From assembly GCF_040807025.1 (NCBI RefSeq), contig NC_090942.1, forward strand, positions 204,182,640 through 204,246,639: a stretch of DNA of 64,000 nucleotides, in the 5' to 3' direction. The notes under the pieces were generated by a model that was not told the DNA's origin, made no database searches, and saw only the letters and a list, made by a program, of their open reading frames with translations. Shown here one piece after another: positions 41,651 to 54,028 of this stretch (the first letter of the stretch is position 1; every line of letters starts with the position of its first letter). The stretch is from Struthio camelus (taxonomy: Eukaryota). The position numbers were made by a program, and so were the translations under genes.

Positions 41651-43876
41651 TAATTTTCACTGCTAACTCAGTCCTCTTTAAATGTGTACTTCATGCTGTC
41701 TGGACCACTGATGTCTTTCTTTTGTCTGTTTTTTCATAATTTTTTCCCTAAGCTGTTTGGTTGGGGGGGGGGGTGGTGGAAATCAGTGATTATAGGCAGG
41801 TTCAGGATCCAAAAAACATTTTCCTCTGTATGAAGGACATCATAAAGGAAAACTATACCTTGGCACAGTGGCAGGATTCACAGCTTGCCATTCATGCCCA
41901 TACTGCACCTGCAGCTTAAAAAAAAAGGTGTTCTTCATAGTTCTTTCACATTCTGGGCTATAAAGAATAAGACCTCATTACAGCACTCTCTCCAGAAGGA
42001 AGAGCTAACCCCCACCCCCTGCTTCCCAGTCCTGCACGTGTTCCTGCGGCATGGTGCAACAATAGAGCCTACTTTTTTTGAAAGACCCTATGGGATTTCA
42101 ACAGCTATCTGTACTCTGGGGTAGTTGCCTAAGGCCATTATCAACATTTATAAGCTGAGATCATCCCTGTATCTTTCCTAAAAAAGTGACACTGAAGTAC
42201 CTGCATGATGCCATTCCTACAGCAGCTCCATCTATGCTCCCATGATAGACAGACAGCTGTCTGGACGACTGACCCAAGGGGAAGAGATTTTATACTGGAT
42301 ATTTTCCAATACTTTAAGGAAAGGGAGATGTTGAAATCAGAACCATGAAAGTTGGAAACAGCCGTTTTAAAATCATTAGTACAGCTAGAAGACTGATTTT
42401 TGTGTCCCTTCTCAGTATTTCACCTTACTGAAAACATCTACAACACTAATGGAGCAGGATTGATATTAACATAGCAGAAAAAGATCCATTCCTAGAATGC
42501 CCAAGACTTATCTTAAAGATAATATCATAAAGTAGTTTGGCCCAAAGTCTAAAAAATAAATAAATAAAAATGGCTCCCAGTAAAGGTGTGTAGACTAGAA
42601 TTTATTAGGACAGTCCTCAGATACTTCAAACAATCCTAACTGGTTGAGACTGCTGCTGCAGACTGTACTGTCTCAGGGACTCATTAACTTTTCCGGTTAT
42701 GTCTTGAAACAGCTTTCTTCCATCCAGAGTGATCATAAAACATCTCCTCCTTTTTAAAACGGGTGCTCAAAGCCCAAAAAGCCTGTGAGAAAGTCAGCTA
42801 GCACCATCCACCAACTCCCAGTATCTCTGAAGCAAGCCAGGAACGCAAGTACTGAATGCAAGCCTTCAGAACAATTTATTGCCATGGCAGTTTATAGTTA
42901 CCCCAGCTGCCTTGCTCTGCTGATAGCAGCGAGAAGAAACTGAGTAAATACTTCAGAAGTATTTCTCCAGAGTGCCTAAAGAATTGGCTTTTATTGTAGC
43001 TACTTTCTCTTCTTTCTTTGACCACCAAAACTTTTTCTTAGCAGTTGGGTAAGAACATGTAGTAAATTAGACACAACAGCTTCAAACACCTTTTCAGTAA
43101 GCCTTTTATGCATCTTCTGCAGGGATCTTTGTATCACCAACCAAAGAGAGAGATGGCTGTAAAAACCATCCCTTAAATAAGAGCATCATGAACTCAATTT
43201 TAGTCCTCTTGCTCGTAAAATTCCTCCCTCTCTTCCTCAAGCCTCAAATACAACCTGTGACAAACTAGTTACTATGACAACTCTTGGAGCATTACTTAAT
43301 TTTTTAGGTTAGACTGTACAACAGTATCTAAATAGCCGCTAAATTATTGTATGGACATTTGTTCAAAAACCTTCTGTTCCCACCTTTTACAGTCCTTGAA
43401 CAACTCAAACTTATCACTGAGGTGTACTATACACAATTTATCGCACATACACTATACTGTTAAATGTACAATGCAGGAATAACTGAGGAATGGGTAATCA
43501 CAATACATGAAAACTGTCACTCCAATATATGAAAACATTTAAGAATATACCCTATCCTTATTTATCTTTCAGGATTATTTCATGATACCTAAGTTTAAAA
43601 ATTCATGAACAGTGACTACAAAGAAATGCAGCTACACAAAACTCCCAAGTGCTGGTAGTGAACATACCTGATTCTCAACCAGTGCTCGTTCTTGAATCTC
43701 AGGTGTTTAGGCTTTAGCAAAACAATGAGGTATTTAGCATATTTCAAAAGAGGTGTTGGTAACAAGTCTGTTCAAAACCAGACTTGTTAATATCAATACT
43801 GTTTAAGCAAAAAGATAGGCAGCTATTTTAAATGGAAGTAGAAGTGAGTATTTATATGTCATGTTGCTGTTCTAGT

Positions 43877-43882
43877 TTTATT
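43877..43882 (-). promoter_or_regulatory. MPHOSPH8: Candidate MPP8 polyadenylation signal (AATAAA on the minus strand)
   Basis: The plus-strand tttatt at about 43877 is the first AATAAA complement downstream of the stop. An ATTAAA complement at about 44217 lies 20 nt before a genomic A27 tract and may only be an internal-priming artefact. The 3' UTR end is unresolved. Confidence 0.25.
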
Positions 43883-44172
43883 TAGCTTAATGTGACATTC
43901 CACAAAATAGAAATAGTGTGCTTAGTTATTGTAATTTGGCATCTCTTAATACGAAAGTTTTAAACTTCTAAGAACCAAAAATTAAAAATTGGTTCATTGA
44001 ACTTTACATTGAAAAGTCACAGTTTTTAAAAGGATACATAATACATTTGCACCATTTTGATGGTGAACACTCAAATGCAGTAAGAATCTATCCACAATAG
44101 TTTTGTTAACAATATAGGCACATAGCGGCATGTAAACTACACCTGGCAACCAGAACAGCAAAGGCACAATCT

Positions 44173-44175
<3 letters not shown>

Positions 44176-44202
<27 letters not shown>
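44176..44202. repeat. T27 homopolymer (A27 on the minus strand, inside the putative MPP8 3' UTR region)
   Basis: Visible directly. Confidence 0.9.
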
Positions 44203-44208
<6 letters not shown>

Positions 44209-45321
44209 CAAGAGGTTGTTTAATTTACAAACAAAAAAAAAAATTTCTATACTTCATGCAGAAGTTTTACATTTGTATTTTATAGCACAGAACCGTTACA
44301 GAACTGCTGTCAGCTGATAAAATAGGTCAGTTAAATTAAAAAAAAGATAGCAGCTCTTTGCACTGAGGAACTGAATATTTGAATTCGAGGGCAATACACG
44401 TTCTTATCTGTCAGGTTTAGAATATCTGAAATCCTCTGTGTATCTTTTTGTCTACAAAAAGCATTGCCTGCACATTTAAAGTAGGTACAAGTTTTCTGGT
44501 TTACTGTTTTCAGCTTGTATTTGTTCTCCCATCTGTCACTTGACTAAGTACTCAGAAGTTAAGATAACTGTAGAACTATCAGTTGCTTCTCTAATACAAA
44601 AGTAGTTTTAAAACACTGATATAACTAGGATTCCCACTGTGATCCTCTAAGAATCAAGCCTATTCAGATCTTTTTGTTCATGCCTGCAAACAGACTTAAC
44701 TGTGGCTGTCTAAAGGGAATCACTAAGCATAACTGCTTTCTCACAGTAGAAAACGCTTCAAAGCGGAACACAGCCCCTAGCAACTCAGAGTCAAGTCTAA
44801 TGCCGTAACTTCAAACGGTAGCTCTGCCCACAGCTCTAAGAACATGACAGTTTTGCATTTTACATAGAAACATTGCAGTTAGGACAAGTAGAAAATTTTA
44901 GTTTACAAATGGAAAAGATTTTTCTATTAAAAAAGACATTTCATGTAGTTACGTTAAATAGTTCTTATATGCACCATTCCACATTGTGGAAAAGCTGAAA
45001 TACGCAGTCTGGACTCCACAAGTTAAAGAAAAACAGAATTATATGTATTGGCACAAATACTTACATCTACATCTGTACAAAGTAAAAAAGAGAAAAACAC
45101 CACCCAAAAAACTGACAACCCTGTCCCACCAGTGTAGCATGTTCACCTGCTCCCCAGCACATACTTTCCTATATGACTGCCAATGAAGGACAGTGAGATG
45201 GGACTTAGTCTCAAGAGTGTGGTGCCAAAAAGTTCCAAACTGCTTTGTCAGTCTCTAAACATAGGAATCAGAAGTATATCAAAAAAAAGTCAGTCTGTTC
45301 AACACGCTTGCAACTTTGAGG

Positions 45322-45363
45322 TCACTGCAACTGCACTCTGTAGGCTCCTATTAGCAGCTTTAC
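45322..45363 (-). CDS. MPHOSPH8: MPP8 terminal coding segment (VKLLIGAYRVQLQ + TGA); 3' UTR continues to lower coordinates
   Basis: Acceptor cctttgtttgcttttacag|GTAAAG. The 13 residues plus stop are identical to the remembered human MPP8 C-terminus. Confidence 0.85.
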   Translation of the reverse strand, partial: VKLLIGAYRVQLQ

Positions 45364-46247
45364 CTGTAAAAGCAAACAAAGGTTGCATATAAAAACTGTT
45401 CTCACGTACCTGTGTTAAAAACCTCTGCCAGCCTAAGAATAGCACGAGAAAAGGTTGCTAGTGGCTGAGCAAGCAAAAGTTGCTTACAATCTGTACCCAC
45501 TAAACAGACAGACAGGCTTGGGAAAAAAATTCAAATACATACGTTAGTGGAAGGTGTTTAAACAGTTGACTCCCACTCTGGAGACATACATGTACACTTC
45601 TATTCGCATATGTATACTGATGACTTAGTATTACTTAAAAAGTGTTCAAGTACAGTAAAAAAATTTAAGAGTAGGGGAAGTCTTAATTCAGAAGATCTAG
45701 AGAATTTACAGGTATTTCTTCTGTGAATAGTGCTACCACAACAGGACCTGTTAAATCATCTTTTAACATCTCTTGGGACTACTGCCAAAATTATCTGAAC
45801 GCATACAACATGGTTATGCAGACTATTTAAAAGCATACTGCGTTTTTTAAGTAAGTGCTTCCAAGTTCTTCTAATCACAGAAGCAGAGTGTCTGCTGCTA
45901 CATGCAGAAGGACAACTGACACTCCATGCATCTGTTAGTTGTTAAATTTGCAATACAGACAGAAAGAATTTTCAACTATAACATTACTTTATCTTGGCTC
46001 AATAACTGCTCCCGCTACAGCAGGAACATGTTTACTTAAGATGGCACTAACATTCTCCTCAGTAGTGCTCCTATCTGAGTTCTGCCAACCTCACCAGACA
46101 GAACCTTAACTAACGGGAACAGGGTTGAGGAGAAAGTGAGAAATCCTAAGTAGTTTTACATTTACAACATACAACTAGAAGCACTTAAGACTACGGAGGA
46201 GTTACTGCACAACAAATTAACATACGTATTTTGAGAGCAGTTTGTAC

Positions 46248-46331
46248 CTTGGCAGTAGGAGCTTCTGCCAACCGTATAAAAAGCTTGTTAAGGCCTGCAG
46301 TAGGGCTGAAGGAATAAATAAAGTGACTATC
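46248..46331 (-). CDS. MPHOSPH8: MPP8 penultimate coding exon (DSHFIYSFSPTAGLNKLFIRLAEAPTAK)
   Basis: Acceptor tgctccttttctttctttttttcttttag| and donor AAG|gtacaa. 84 nt in phase 0. Matches human DSHFVYSFSPVAGPNKLFIRLTEAPSAK. Confidence 0.9.
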
Positions 46332-46935
46332 CTAAAAGAAAAAAAGAAAGAAAAGGAGCAAGTTAATGACAGGATGTGGCCAAACATGCTATATGAGCAG
46401 ACTCTAGAACATGGCATTCAACCTACGCATTTTTGAAAAAAAAGTCCTGAATACTGTAAAGACCCTTTGGTGCAACCACAGAGAAAAATAAGAGGACTTT
46501 AAAAAGTGTGCATAATGATGCATTTAACAGAAAAAATATAAATAGAAATCACTAGAAATATGAGGAAGGTTGTTAAAACAATACAAAGTACTTACACTGA
46601 AATAACTTGGGTCAAAAATTTGAGAGGCTAGGTGAATTTGAGAAGTAAAAGAGCTTTTAAATTCAGAAATCTCATCTGCCTGCTCATACCTTAAATTCTG
46701 ATGTCCCTGCCTTTTAAGGCATAATTTTTTAAATGGAATCCGATATCTGCAAGCTTTGCAGTTCCGCTGTATATAAAAAGAAAAAAATCAAGCTTCATGT
46801 AACACCCCCACCCCCAATGTGACAAGCAAATGCTGCAATATTACAATTACAATACTCAAAATCCAGGAAGCCAGGTTGTTCTATAAAGATTTTATAAAGC
46901 AGTTTATACTCAATTAGTTATATGGGAAGATTTAC

Positions 46936-47063
46936 CAAAAATACAGGAAGCTGGAATTTATCATTTAAAACCACAGCTTGCACACTGCATGGTCCACAGA
47001 GTCGAGCAATGACTTCTTTACCAAAGAAATTTGAATGGAAAACAAACAGAAGAATTCCAGATC
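46936..47063 (-). CDS. MPHOSPH8: MPP8 exon ((G)SGILLFVFHSNFFGKEVIARLCGPCSVQAVVLNDKFQLPVFL)
   Basis: Acceptor cttcccttcctag| and donor TTG|gtaaat. 128 nt, phase 1 in and phase 0 out. Matches human GSGILLFIFHANFLGKEVIARLCGPCSVQAVVLNDKFQLPVFL. It overlaps the spurious plus ORF 46922..47221. Confidence 0.9.
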
Positions 47064-47248
47064 CTAGGAAGGGAAGACAAGTAAGTCATATGACCCTGAA
47101 AGAAGACCCAGAATTTAGAACAATTTCTGAAGACAACCTACACAGGTACTGTAGCCCCTTGTCATTTCTGAAGAGCTGGAATTTTTTTCAAAATTACACA
47201 GCACTGCACACTACATACTAAAGGCAATGCACTGGACACTTTCAAATC

Positions 47249-47269
47249 TTTTTTTTTTTTTTTTTTTTT
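47249..47269. repeat. T21 homopolymer (MPP8 intron)
   Basis: Visible directly. Confidence 0.9.
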
Positions 47270-48497
47270 AGCATAAATATTGAACTTGATGCAGCATCAA
47301 AGCAATAACGCAGTTCAGAACTACCAGAACTCCAGTCTCCCAACCCAGGCTCAGAGCGCAACTGCCTTTGTCACTAAGTTAAGGTCTTCCAACAGCAGGA
47401 ACAGTTTTATGTGGCTACTAGATGAAAAAGCAAAACGGATATAGCAATTCTCATGTGTACTTCACCTCCATGTTTATAGGTTTGTCTAGAGAGAGTTGTA
47501 AAATTTAATGTAGTCTGGGCTGTGTTTTCTCTTGGGAAGGGAAACTGAATCTCAACAATTACAGATTTTAGGAACTGAAATTTAACGAGCAAGAATCTTC
47601 AATACCCTTAAATACCTCAAGTTTCTCTTAACCCATGAACAAATATAATGTTCCTTAATTCTATAAAGCATATTTAATCAAGAATTGGAAAACACTGAAA
47701 CTCATACTCCAGTTCCTAAATAGAAAAATGGACCAACTCAACCACTTACAACCTTTAAGCCACAATTCAGTCACAGTAATGTATTATTTAGAGAAAAATC
47801 AGTATCAGTAGATAATGATTCTCCTTCCCTGATAAACTCAAAAGGCAAAAAAACCATCCCCCAAAGCTGAGCAGAGATTGCTATCCAGATTCCTGACAGA
47901 ATGAGGAAACGTTCCAAAACGTCCTGAAAACACGATTCACAGCTTTTCACAGGGGCCTAAGGACAAAACGGAGCTGACTGTCTCCGAACAGCAAACTGAC
48001 ACTGGCTTGTTTTTTACAGTACTTCTAGACTGCCTTTGTAAGAAGTACTGTAAGATTGCCCTTACAGTACTTCTGTACTGTAGAAGTATAGTAAGAGTAA
48101 GAGCGCCCTTACTATACTCCCAGGACAGCAGCGTGTTAGGTACCGTACACAAAGAGGATGATCCACTACTTTCTTTTTGGAGCATGCTCTTAATTAAGAT
48201 TTTTCAAAATTGTTCTTTTTAAGGTAAACCACTCCTTTCCTATAATACTTGTCATATAGCCAGTATAACCCATAAACAGCAGAAGGTGCCCTGTGTGACA
48301 GCACCAACTCTTGGAGGTGGGGAAGCAACACACAAAACCCACTCACGATGCATCAAAACTTTGCTCCTCTTCTCCCTAAAACAGTACCTCCCACTATCAA
48401 CTCCTACAATCCACAGTCTTTGATTATAAACAGCACCCTCAATGTATAAATATTGGAAAGGCAGACAAGAAGTTTCCAAACACACTATTCTTTCTAC

Positions 48498-48522
48498 TTT
48501 TTTTTTTTTTTTTTTTTTTTTT
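48498..48522. repeat. T25 homopolymer (A25 on the minus strand) at intron positions +9..+33 after MPP8 exon 48531-48685
   Basis: Visible directly. Confidence 0.9.
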
Positions 48523-48530
48523 GGAACTAC

Positions 48531-48685
48531 CTTCTGGCACATTTTGTGGGGGTTTATAGTTAAAATCCGTAGAAAAGTCTGGCCCTTCACAGAGACGATG
48601 ACATGCGATTGGGAAGACTGGCTCCAGCAAAGCAAGACGAGCTTCAAAATAATCCCTGATGGTATCTTCGGCTACTCTTGAGAGC
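48531..48685 (-). CDS. MPHOSPH8: MPP8 exon ((T)LSRVAEDTIRDYFEARLALLEPVFPIACHRLCEGPDFSTDFNYKPPQNVPE + 1 nt)
   Basis: Acceptor cttgtttgcttgtttag| and donor AAG|gtagtt. Matches human TLSRVAEETIKDYFEARLALLEPVFPIACHRLCEGPDFSTDFNYKPPQNIPEG. An A25 run begins 9 nt into the downstream intron. Confidence 0.85.
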
Positions 48686-49140
48686 CTAAACAAGCAAACA
48701 AGTGAGGCTTGTACTTCATATACTAAAATTACTTTACCAGACAGAGATTTAACGAGAGCTGAAGCAAAAAAGGATTCCAGATTACCTGTTTTAGATTCCT
48801 GATTTCAGGAGTGAATGCCTTCATCATTAGCATTTATGCATAGATGAACCCCAGGTCCTGATACTTTATTAATAAAACATTTTATCAGTGATCTGTTTGT
48901 GAAATTCATCTATCAGGTCCACGAAAATAAAAGTCTGAGACAAGCGCACTGCAGCAGATTCCAAAAATTCTCACTAGCCACAGGCTTTGAAAACTGTATG
49001 TAGAAAGGTGTCCCTGAAACATTGATCTGTACAGTCAGACTGATTCTGCTGTATTGCAACACAGATTCTGCTGCACAGAAATAGACAGCTGCCTCCCCAG
49101 CATGGCTGCTGCGCTGACCTGACTGCAAGTACAATGTATA

Positions 49141-49170
49141 AATAAAAATAAATAAATAAATAAATAAAAC
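49141..49170. repeat. (AAAT)n microsatellite
   Basis: aataaaaataaataaataaataaataaaac. Confidence 0.9.
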
Positions 49171-50755
49171 ATTGTATAATTTTACTGATGATACTAAGCT
49201 GGCAGAAATGCAATTCCCAATTAAACTCTACTAAAATGCAGTTTAAAAGCAGTTTAAAAGTAGCAACACTATCATTAAAAAGCCAATGGCCAGATGGAGC
49301 CAAATTAAAGGGTGGTTTTTTTTTTTGTTTTTTTGAATTTGAGCAGGCAACTTAGCCTTCAAAAGAGAGTCCACATCTAACCAATAGTAACTGTCACTTT
49401 TACAAGCAGGTTTATGAAGTAATCCTTTTAGGAAGGCTTTTTTCATACAAACAGGTTTTAAACGCTTTTTCAAGGCAAAGGTTGTAACTGGAACTCTGGA
49501 GGCCCTGACTCTCAGCTTTATAGCTTTTTCAGCTATTTTTCAGAGCGTTCTTCCCTTTTATGCTAGTTGAGATTATCATCTCCGGAACCTAAAACTGAAG
49601 TGTTTGAGCTGAAAGAAACCACAAGAACTGTCATATCAAAGCCAGCTTGGAACGCCTATCTACTTTTATTTCCAGATGCTAGAGGAAACAGTATAAACAA
49701 TATGGGAAGTTATAAAAGTTGTCTTTTTCTTGGTACAGTGTCCTGGTTTCCGGCAGTCACTGCTCTTCAGACATCCAAAATCAGAGTGCACTCAGATCAT
49801 ACCTCTCTTCTGGCCTGCTTAATCCCTTCTGAACTCCGCTATGTATTTGAGTTAAACTTTCTACAGTTGCAAGATCCATAATTCAATTGTTTTGTGCAAA
49901 AATATTTTTGCCTCAAGCCTGTCACTTAATCATTTAACTGGACGGAGGACTTCTAAAGTATTCTCTTTTTTTACATTGTGATCTTTCAGTCTGTTCCAAG
50001 GTGACATGTTCCGCCTCACTTAGCCTATCCCTACGAAAGCTACTCACTTCCATTATCTCCGATCATCTTTACCTTCCCTTCCAGCTTTTTTCCCCTTCAA
50101 ACGCTTCATTTGTGTTTGAAACACGGCGACTGCAATGGCACGTGTTATTTAAGAAACATGGGCACCATGGATTTACATTTTATTTTCAGTTCCTCTCCTA
50201 CTATATTATTTTCCTTTTTGACTGACAAGAAGCACGGAACTGATGTTTTCAGATAATTATTCATATTATGAGTTCAAGATCTTCCAAAGCTCATTCTTCA
50301 GGATAGTCAAAACTGAAGATGACAGATTTTGAACAGGCAATGAACTGGAAAAGGCATCAAATAGTAAAGGGAAGCGCTAAGATCATCTTTAAATACTTAT
50401 CCAAGTTTAGAAACTCTTGGTTAAGATCTTCTGACCTAATAGGTTAGCTCATGAGTATACTTTTAAATTGATATTTAAGGAGGAGCTTACTCTTCCTCCT
50501 CATCTATTTTTGTCTCCCTTTGGCATCCAATCAATTCAGTGTATTTTACATGATCATACCACATGAACACTCCATATTCTACCTACACTGCACAGCTCTT
50601 AAGTCATTCTATTGAACGATTAAGATTTTTACTTCCATCATTTACTGTCTTGAAAGCTTCACCTCTCTGGCATGATGTTCTTGAACCCTCAGCTCAAAAC
50701 TGAGTAAATAGTCAACAGCATCTAAATTTTATCTCCTATCTTCAGACTTTTCATG

Positions 50756-50779
50756 TTTTTTTTTTTTTTGGGGGGGGGG
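50756..50779. repeat. T14 followed by G10
   Basis: tttttttttttttt gggggggggg. Confidence 0.9.
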
Positions 50780-51116
50780 AGGGAAGAAAATTCCTCATCG
50801 ATTTTTAATGCTTTTAGGCAAATTGCTTTATTTAGTGAGTTCTTAATAAGAATTTACATTGAACTGTCTTGTGTCTATGCACTTCAAAAATTTTCCTGTT
50901 TGCTGTATTTCTAGTTTGAAGAATGTCTTTCACTTCCAGCAATTCCCCTTTTCACCTTTCCATTTCACATCACTTCTTAGTTAGCTTCCTGCCCTTAGAT
51001 CTGTGTTCTTTTCTGACATCACCCCTTTCCCCCCCCATGACTTAAACCAAAACTGACACGTCCAATATTTCAAACTTTACCAGAACACACACAAAATTCA
51101 AAATACAGTTTACTTA

Positions 51117-51272
51117 CGTTTCCAGATGACTCTTGAGCTGCTCATATACCAGTACATTATTACACTGTTTAGCAAAATGAAGTGCATTGTTTTGATGCTT
51201 TGACAAAATGTTACAGTCCGCTCCACTTTCAATCATAAGTCGCACAATATCAGAATTTCCTCTTTTACAGGC
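51117..51272 (-). CDS. MPHOSPH8: MPP8 exon: ankyrin repeat (ACKRGNSDIVRLMIESGADCNILSKHQNNALHFAKQCNNVLVYEQLKSHLE + 2 nt)
   Basis: Acceptor tactcactttctgcacag| and donor AC|gtaagtaa. The apparent stop of the ORF-track ORF 51114..51392 is the intronic gtaagTAA. Confidence 0.9.
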
Positions 51273-53107
51273 CTGTGCAGAAAGTGAGTACAATGGGGAA
51301 GAATGGACAACAACAACAATCCCTTTAAAATAAAACCAAAACGTTGAAGAAAGCAGAATAGTTGAAGTGAATTTAAAAAAAAAAATATCCACAATTAGTT
51401 ACAGTTCAGAAAAGACGTCTTAAAGCATTCACCCTTTAAAAGCTAACAGAACTTGGAACTTAGGATCACACTGCAGAAATATTTTATTTTTATCCAGGCA
51501 ATACTACACACCGGATTCCACAGAAGTATCAACATTCAGGGTTCCCAAATGCACTTAATGAGAAAAAAATGTAAAGTCAAAAAGGGAAGAACAACAACAA
51601 AACAAAAAATCTATAAAGACGACTGTATTCTGCTAGTCTATAGAAACTACAAAGTTTCTTACGACTGTTAACCAAAATAAATGGGTTTCTGTAAAGTATT
51701 CAGAATGACTAAAGTAACACTTTAAAGTGTCTGTTTCTAGAAGTCTCAGTTCAAATGCGACTTCAGATGTACAGTAAGTTAAGACAACGTGCCCCAAGCT
51801 ATTATTTAAACGTTAGTTACTGTACCAACAGCGTTAAGCGTCCACGGCTTTTAGTGTTGTCTGCAAGAATTTCAAGGCATCTCAACTGAGGTCTTGACAA
51901 TGGTACAGGAAAGCCTAAAGAAATCCTTGCTTTGAGGAACGCAAGTACTCTTGGCTGCTCGTTTTCAAGTAGGTAATTCAAAAGAATTAGAAAAACGCAC
52001 AACAGAGATTTCTGTCTTCATGAGGCCTTGCAGAAGGTAACTGGCCATTTGTTTCACATGTGAACTTTCAGCTGTGCTTTCTATCCATAATCTTAAAAGT
52101 AAATAAAAAAATCCTCATAGAAAGGAATAAAGCGTCACAACTTTTTTAAAGTAAGATCCAACACATAAGGTTTTATAAAAGTGACTTGATAAACACACTT
52201 AACACTTGACCAGTAAGTTACTGGAAACAAAGACCCTGTCCTTCGCACCTGCACAGCAAAACAAGTATCCAGAATAAATAATTGCAGGCAGCCCATTAGC
52301 GGTATGTATAGCCATGCATTAAACATGAAAAACACGCCTTCAAAACCTGCAAAGCTCAAAAGAGAGGTTCATGGAGGTAGCCAGAAATCTGAAAAATCTG
52401 GGCTAAAGTGACTGAGCCCAGTCACCACAAGCCTATCATGACTGTTCTTTACAGAAGATGTGAATTCCCTAGGCTTGCTAAGCCTTGCGGAAGGGAAGAG
52501 AGAACCGCCACCGTTACCATCTTGGACAGAAAATTTTTTGTAATGTCTTTTGCAGTAAGTTTATCAGGAAGGGGAATTTTAATATCAGATAATTCCACCA
52601 AAAATTAGAAACCAGTAAGAAGAACAAAGACTCTTTTAAAGGTCTTGACATTTTCCCAGTAGAACAAAATACAGTGTTCTTTCTTTTAGGGTGTGTGTAC
52701 GGAGAGCACAGAAGAGTCTCTTCATCCCAGGATCCCAGTAAGAGATCCAATTTACAATCACAGCATCTCCCAGGTGAGAGATGCTCCCTTCTGGAGTTTT
52801 TTGTGTTCCTGCTAACAAACAGATTATCTTAGTTTTAAGACCACACCCCAGACCCAGACAGTGGAAGAAGATGATGAACTACATTTAACACTGTGTTGAC
52901 GGCATGTGGAGCCACTGCTTGAAGTAGTATGTTAAAAGATGGATCAATGCACCGGCTGGAAAAACTAAGAGTAATTTTCTATTTCAAACGTAGCACACGT
53001 TCCCTGACTAAACCAACTCTGGAAATGAGCCTATGTCTTCAGCCCTCCATTAGCTTGTCAAAGGCCAAGTATTATCTATTATTAAACCACGTCAGGACTG
53101 AATTTAC

Positions 53108-53194
53108 CTTCATTAAGGCAGTTTCACCACTGCTCTGCTGCATGTTCACATATGCCCCAGCTTCCAGAAGAATAGCTACTGTGGTTAGAAAATT
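53108..53194 (-). CDS. MPHOSPH8: MPP8 exon: ankyrin repeat (NFLTTVAILLEAGAYVNMQQSSGETALMK)
   Basis: Acceptor ttgtgttgtgattttgttttttaag| and donor AAG|gtaaat. 29 codons. Confidence 0.9.
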
Positions 53195-54028
53195 CTTAAA
53201 AAACAAAATCACAACACAAGTAAGTATAGAATATTTTGTGTTTTGGTTTCAGAACATAAGAAAACCTTTATTTAACATCCATCAGTAAAATCCAAAACAC
53301 GAGCCATGACACAATTAACGTTGTTCTCTCCTATTGCTCATAAAGAGCAATTTATACTCAGGCAAGTAGATGGCCTGGAGTATCTACAGTTCTTACTTTT
53401 TTCTAAATCCCGTAATAAGAAACACCCCCGGAAGAAGACAGGTCTGCCCTAATCACCAAACTGGAATTAAGCTCCCTTTCGGCCTTCTATTTCCTGTACT
53501 CCTAAGAGCAAATGAGTCAACTTGAACAACAAAAGTGCGCTCCGTGAAACATCCTTTAAATCAGTAGTCAAGTTAGTCTTAATTTGAGAGAAGGGCTTGC
53601 CACCGTCTCTATCGCCCTACTCTCAAGTATTAAACCCTGCTTAATGAGAGATTTGCTCTCAAAGTCTCCCCAGCTCAGATCCTGTGTAGCCAGAGAACGT
53701 AATAAACAATTCTAAAGACCTTCAGCCCCCAAGATAGGCATAAGTTCAGAATTACCATTTGCCTCATGTTTCCTTCTAGCTAGCCCTATGATAGTCCCTC
53801 CTCAGGGCAGGGTTTTGGGATCACCTACAGGATGTCTCTAAACTTTTTTTTTTACGCTACAGTAACCACAGCCATCTAAATTATGCAGTTTAGGTCACCC
53901 TGCTGCGCCCAGCTGCCTACATTTTAGGCGTTATCCAAAGGGCAGAGTGAGGGTGGGATCTAAATTCGTTACCAGTTTTACATGCAAATACGACAGCCAA
54001 GAACTATAAATATGATGAAGAAACCAAC

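Noticed and set aside
45412-45499. Minus-strand segment translating to PLATFSRAILRLAEVFNT, bounded by a polypyrimidine acceptor and a CAG|gtacgt donor, only 46 nt upstream of the terminal exon acceptor
   Set aside because: The phase is incompatible with the terminal exon unless a 1-nt homopolymer change and a 46-nt mini-intron are assumed. The real penultimate exon (DSHFIYSFSPTAGLNKLFIRLAEAPTAK) was found at 46248-46331. At most this is a decayed duplicate or a chance match.
47407-47592. Minus-strand ORF reading ...LLVKFQFLKSVIVEIQFPFP... that superficially resembles the MPP8 segment ...KFQLPVFLDSHFVYSFSP
   Set aside because: There is an in-frame stop one codon upstream, and no acceptor in a compatible phase. 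The genuine exons encoding this part of MPP8 were found at 46936-47063 and 46248-46331 with near-identical sequence. The resemblance centred on the tttcag/KFQ string is coincidental.
48252-48647. 131-aa minus-strand ORF running through the A25 tract, considered as a possible extended or alternative MPP8 exon
   Set aside because: It requires reading through the donor and a poly-lysine stretch, or an implausible 46-nt intron. Its similarity to MPP8 is marginal, and the properly conserved next exon exists further downstream.
52929-53288. 119-aa plus-strand ORF
   Set aside because: It is antisense to, and overlaps, the genuine minus-strand MPP8 ankyrin exon at 53108-53194. It is an antisense ORF with no support.
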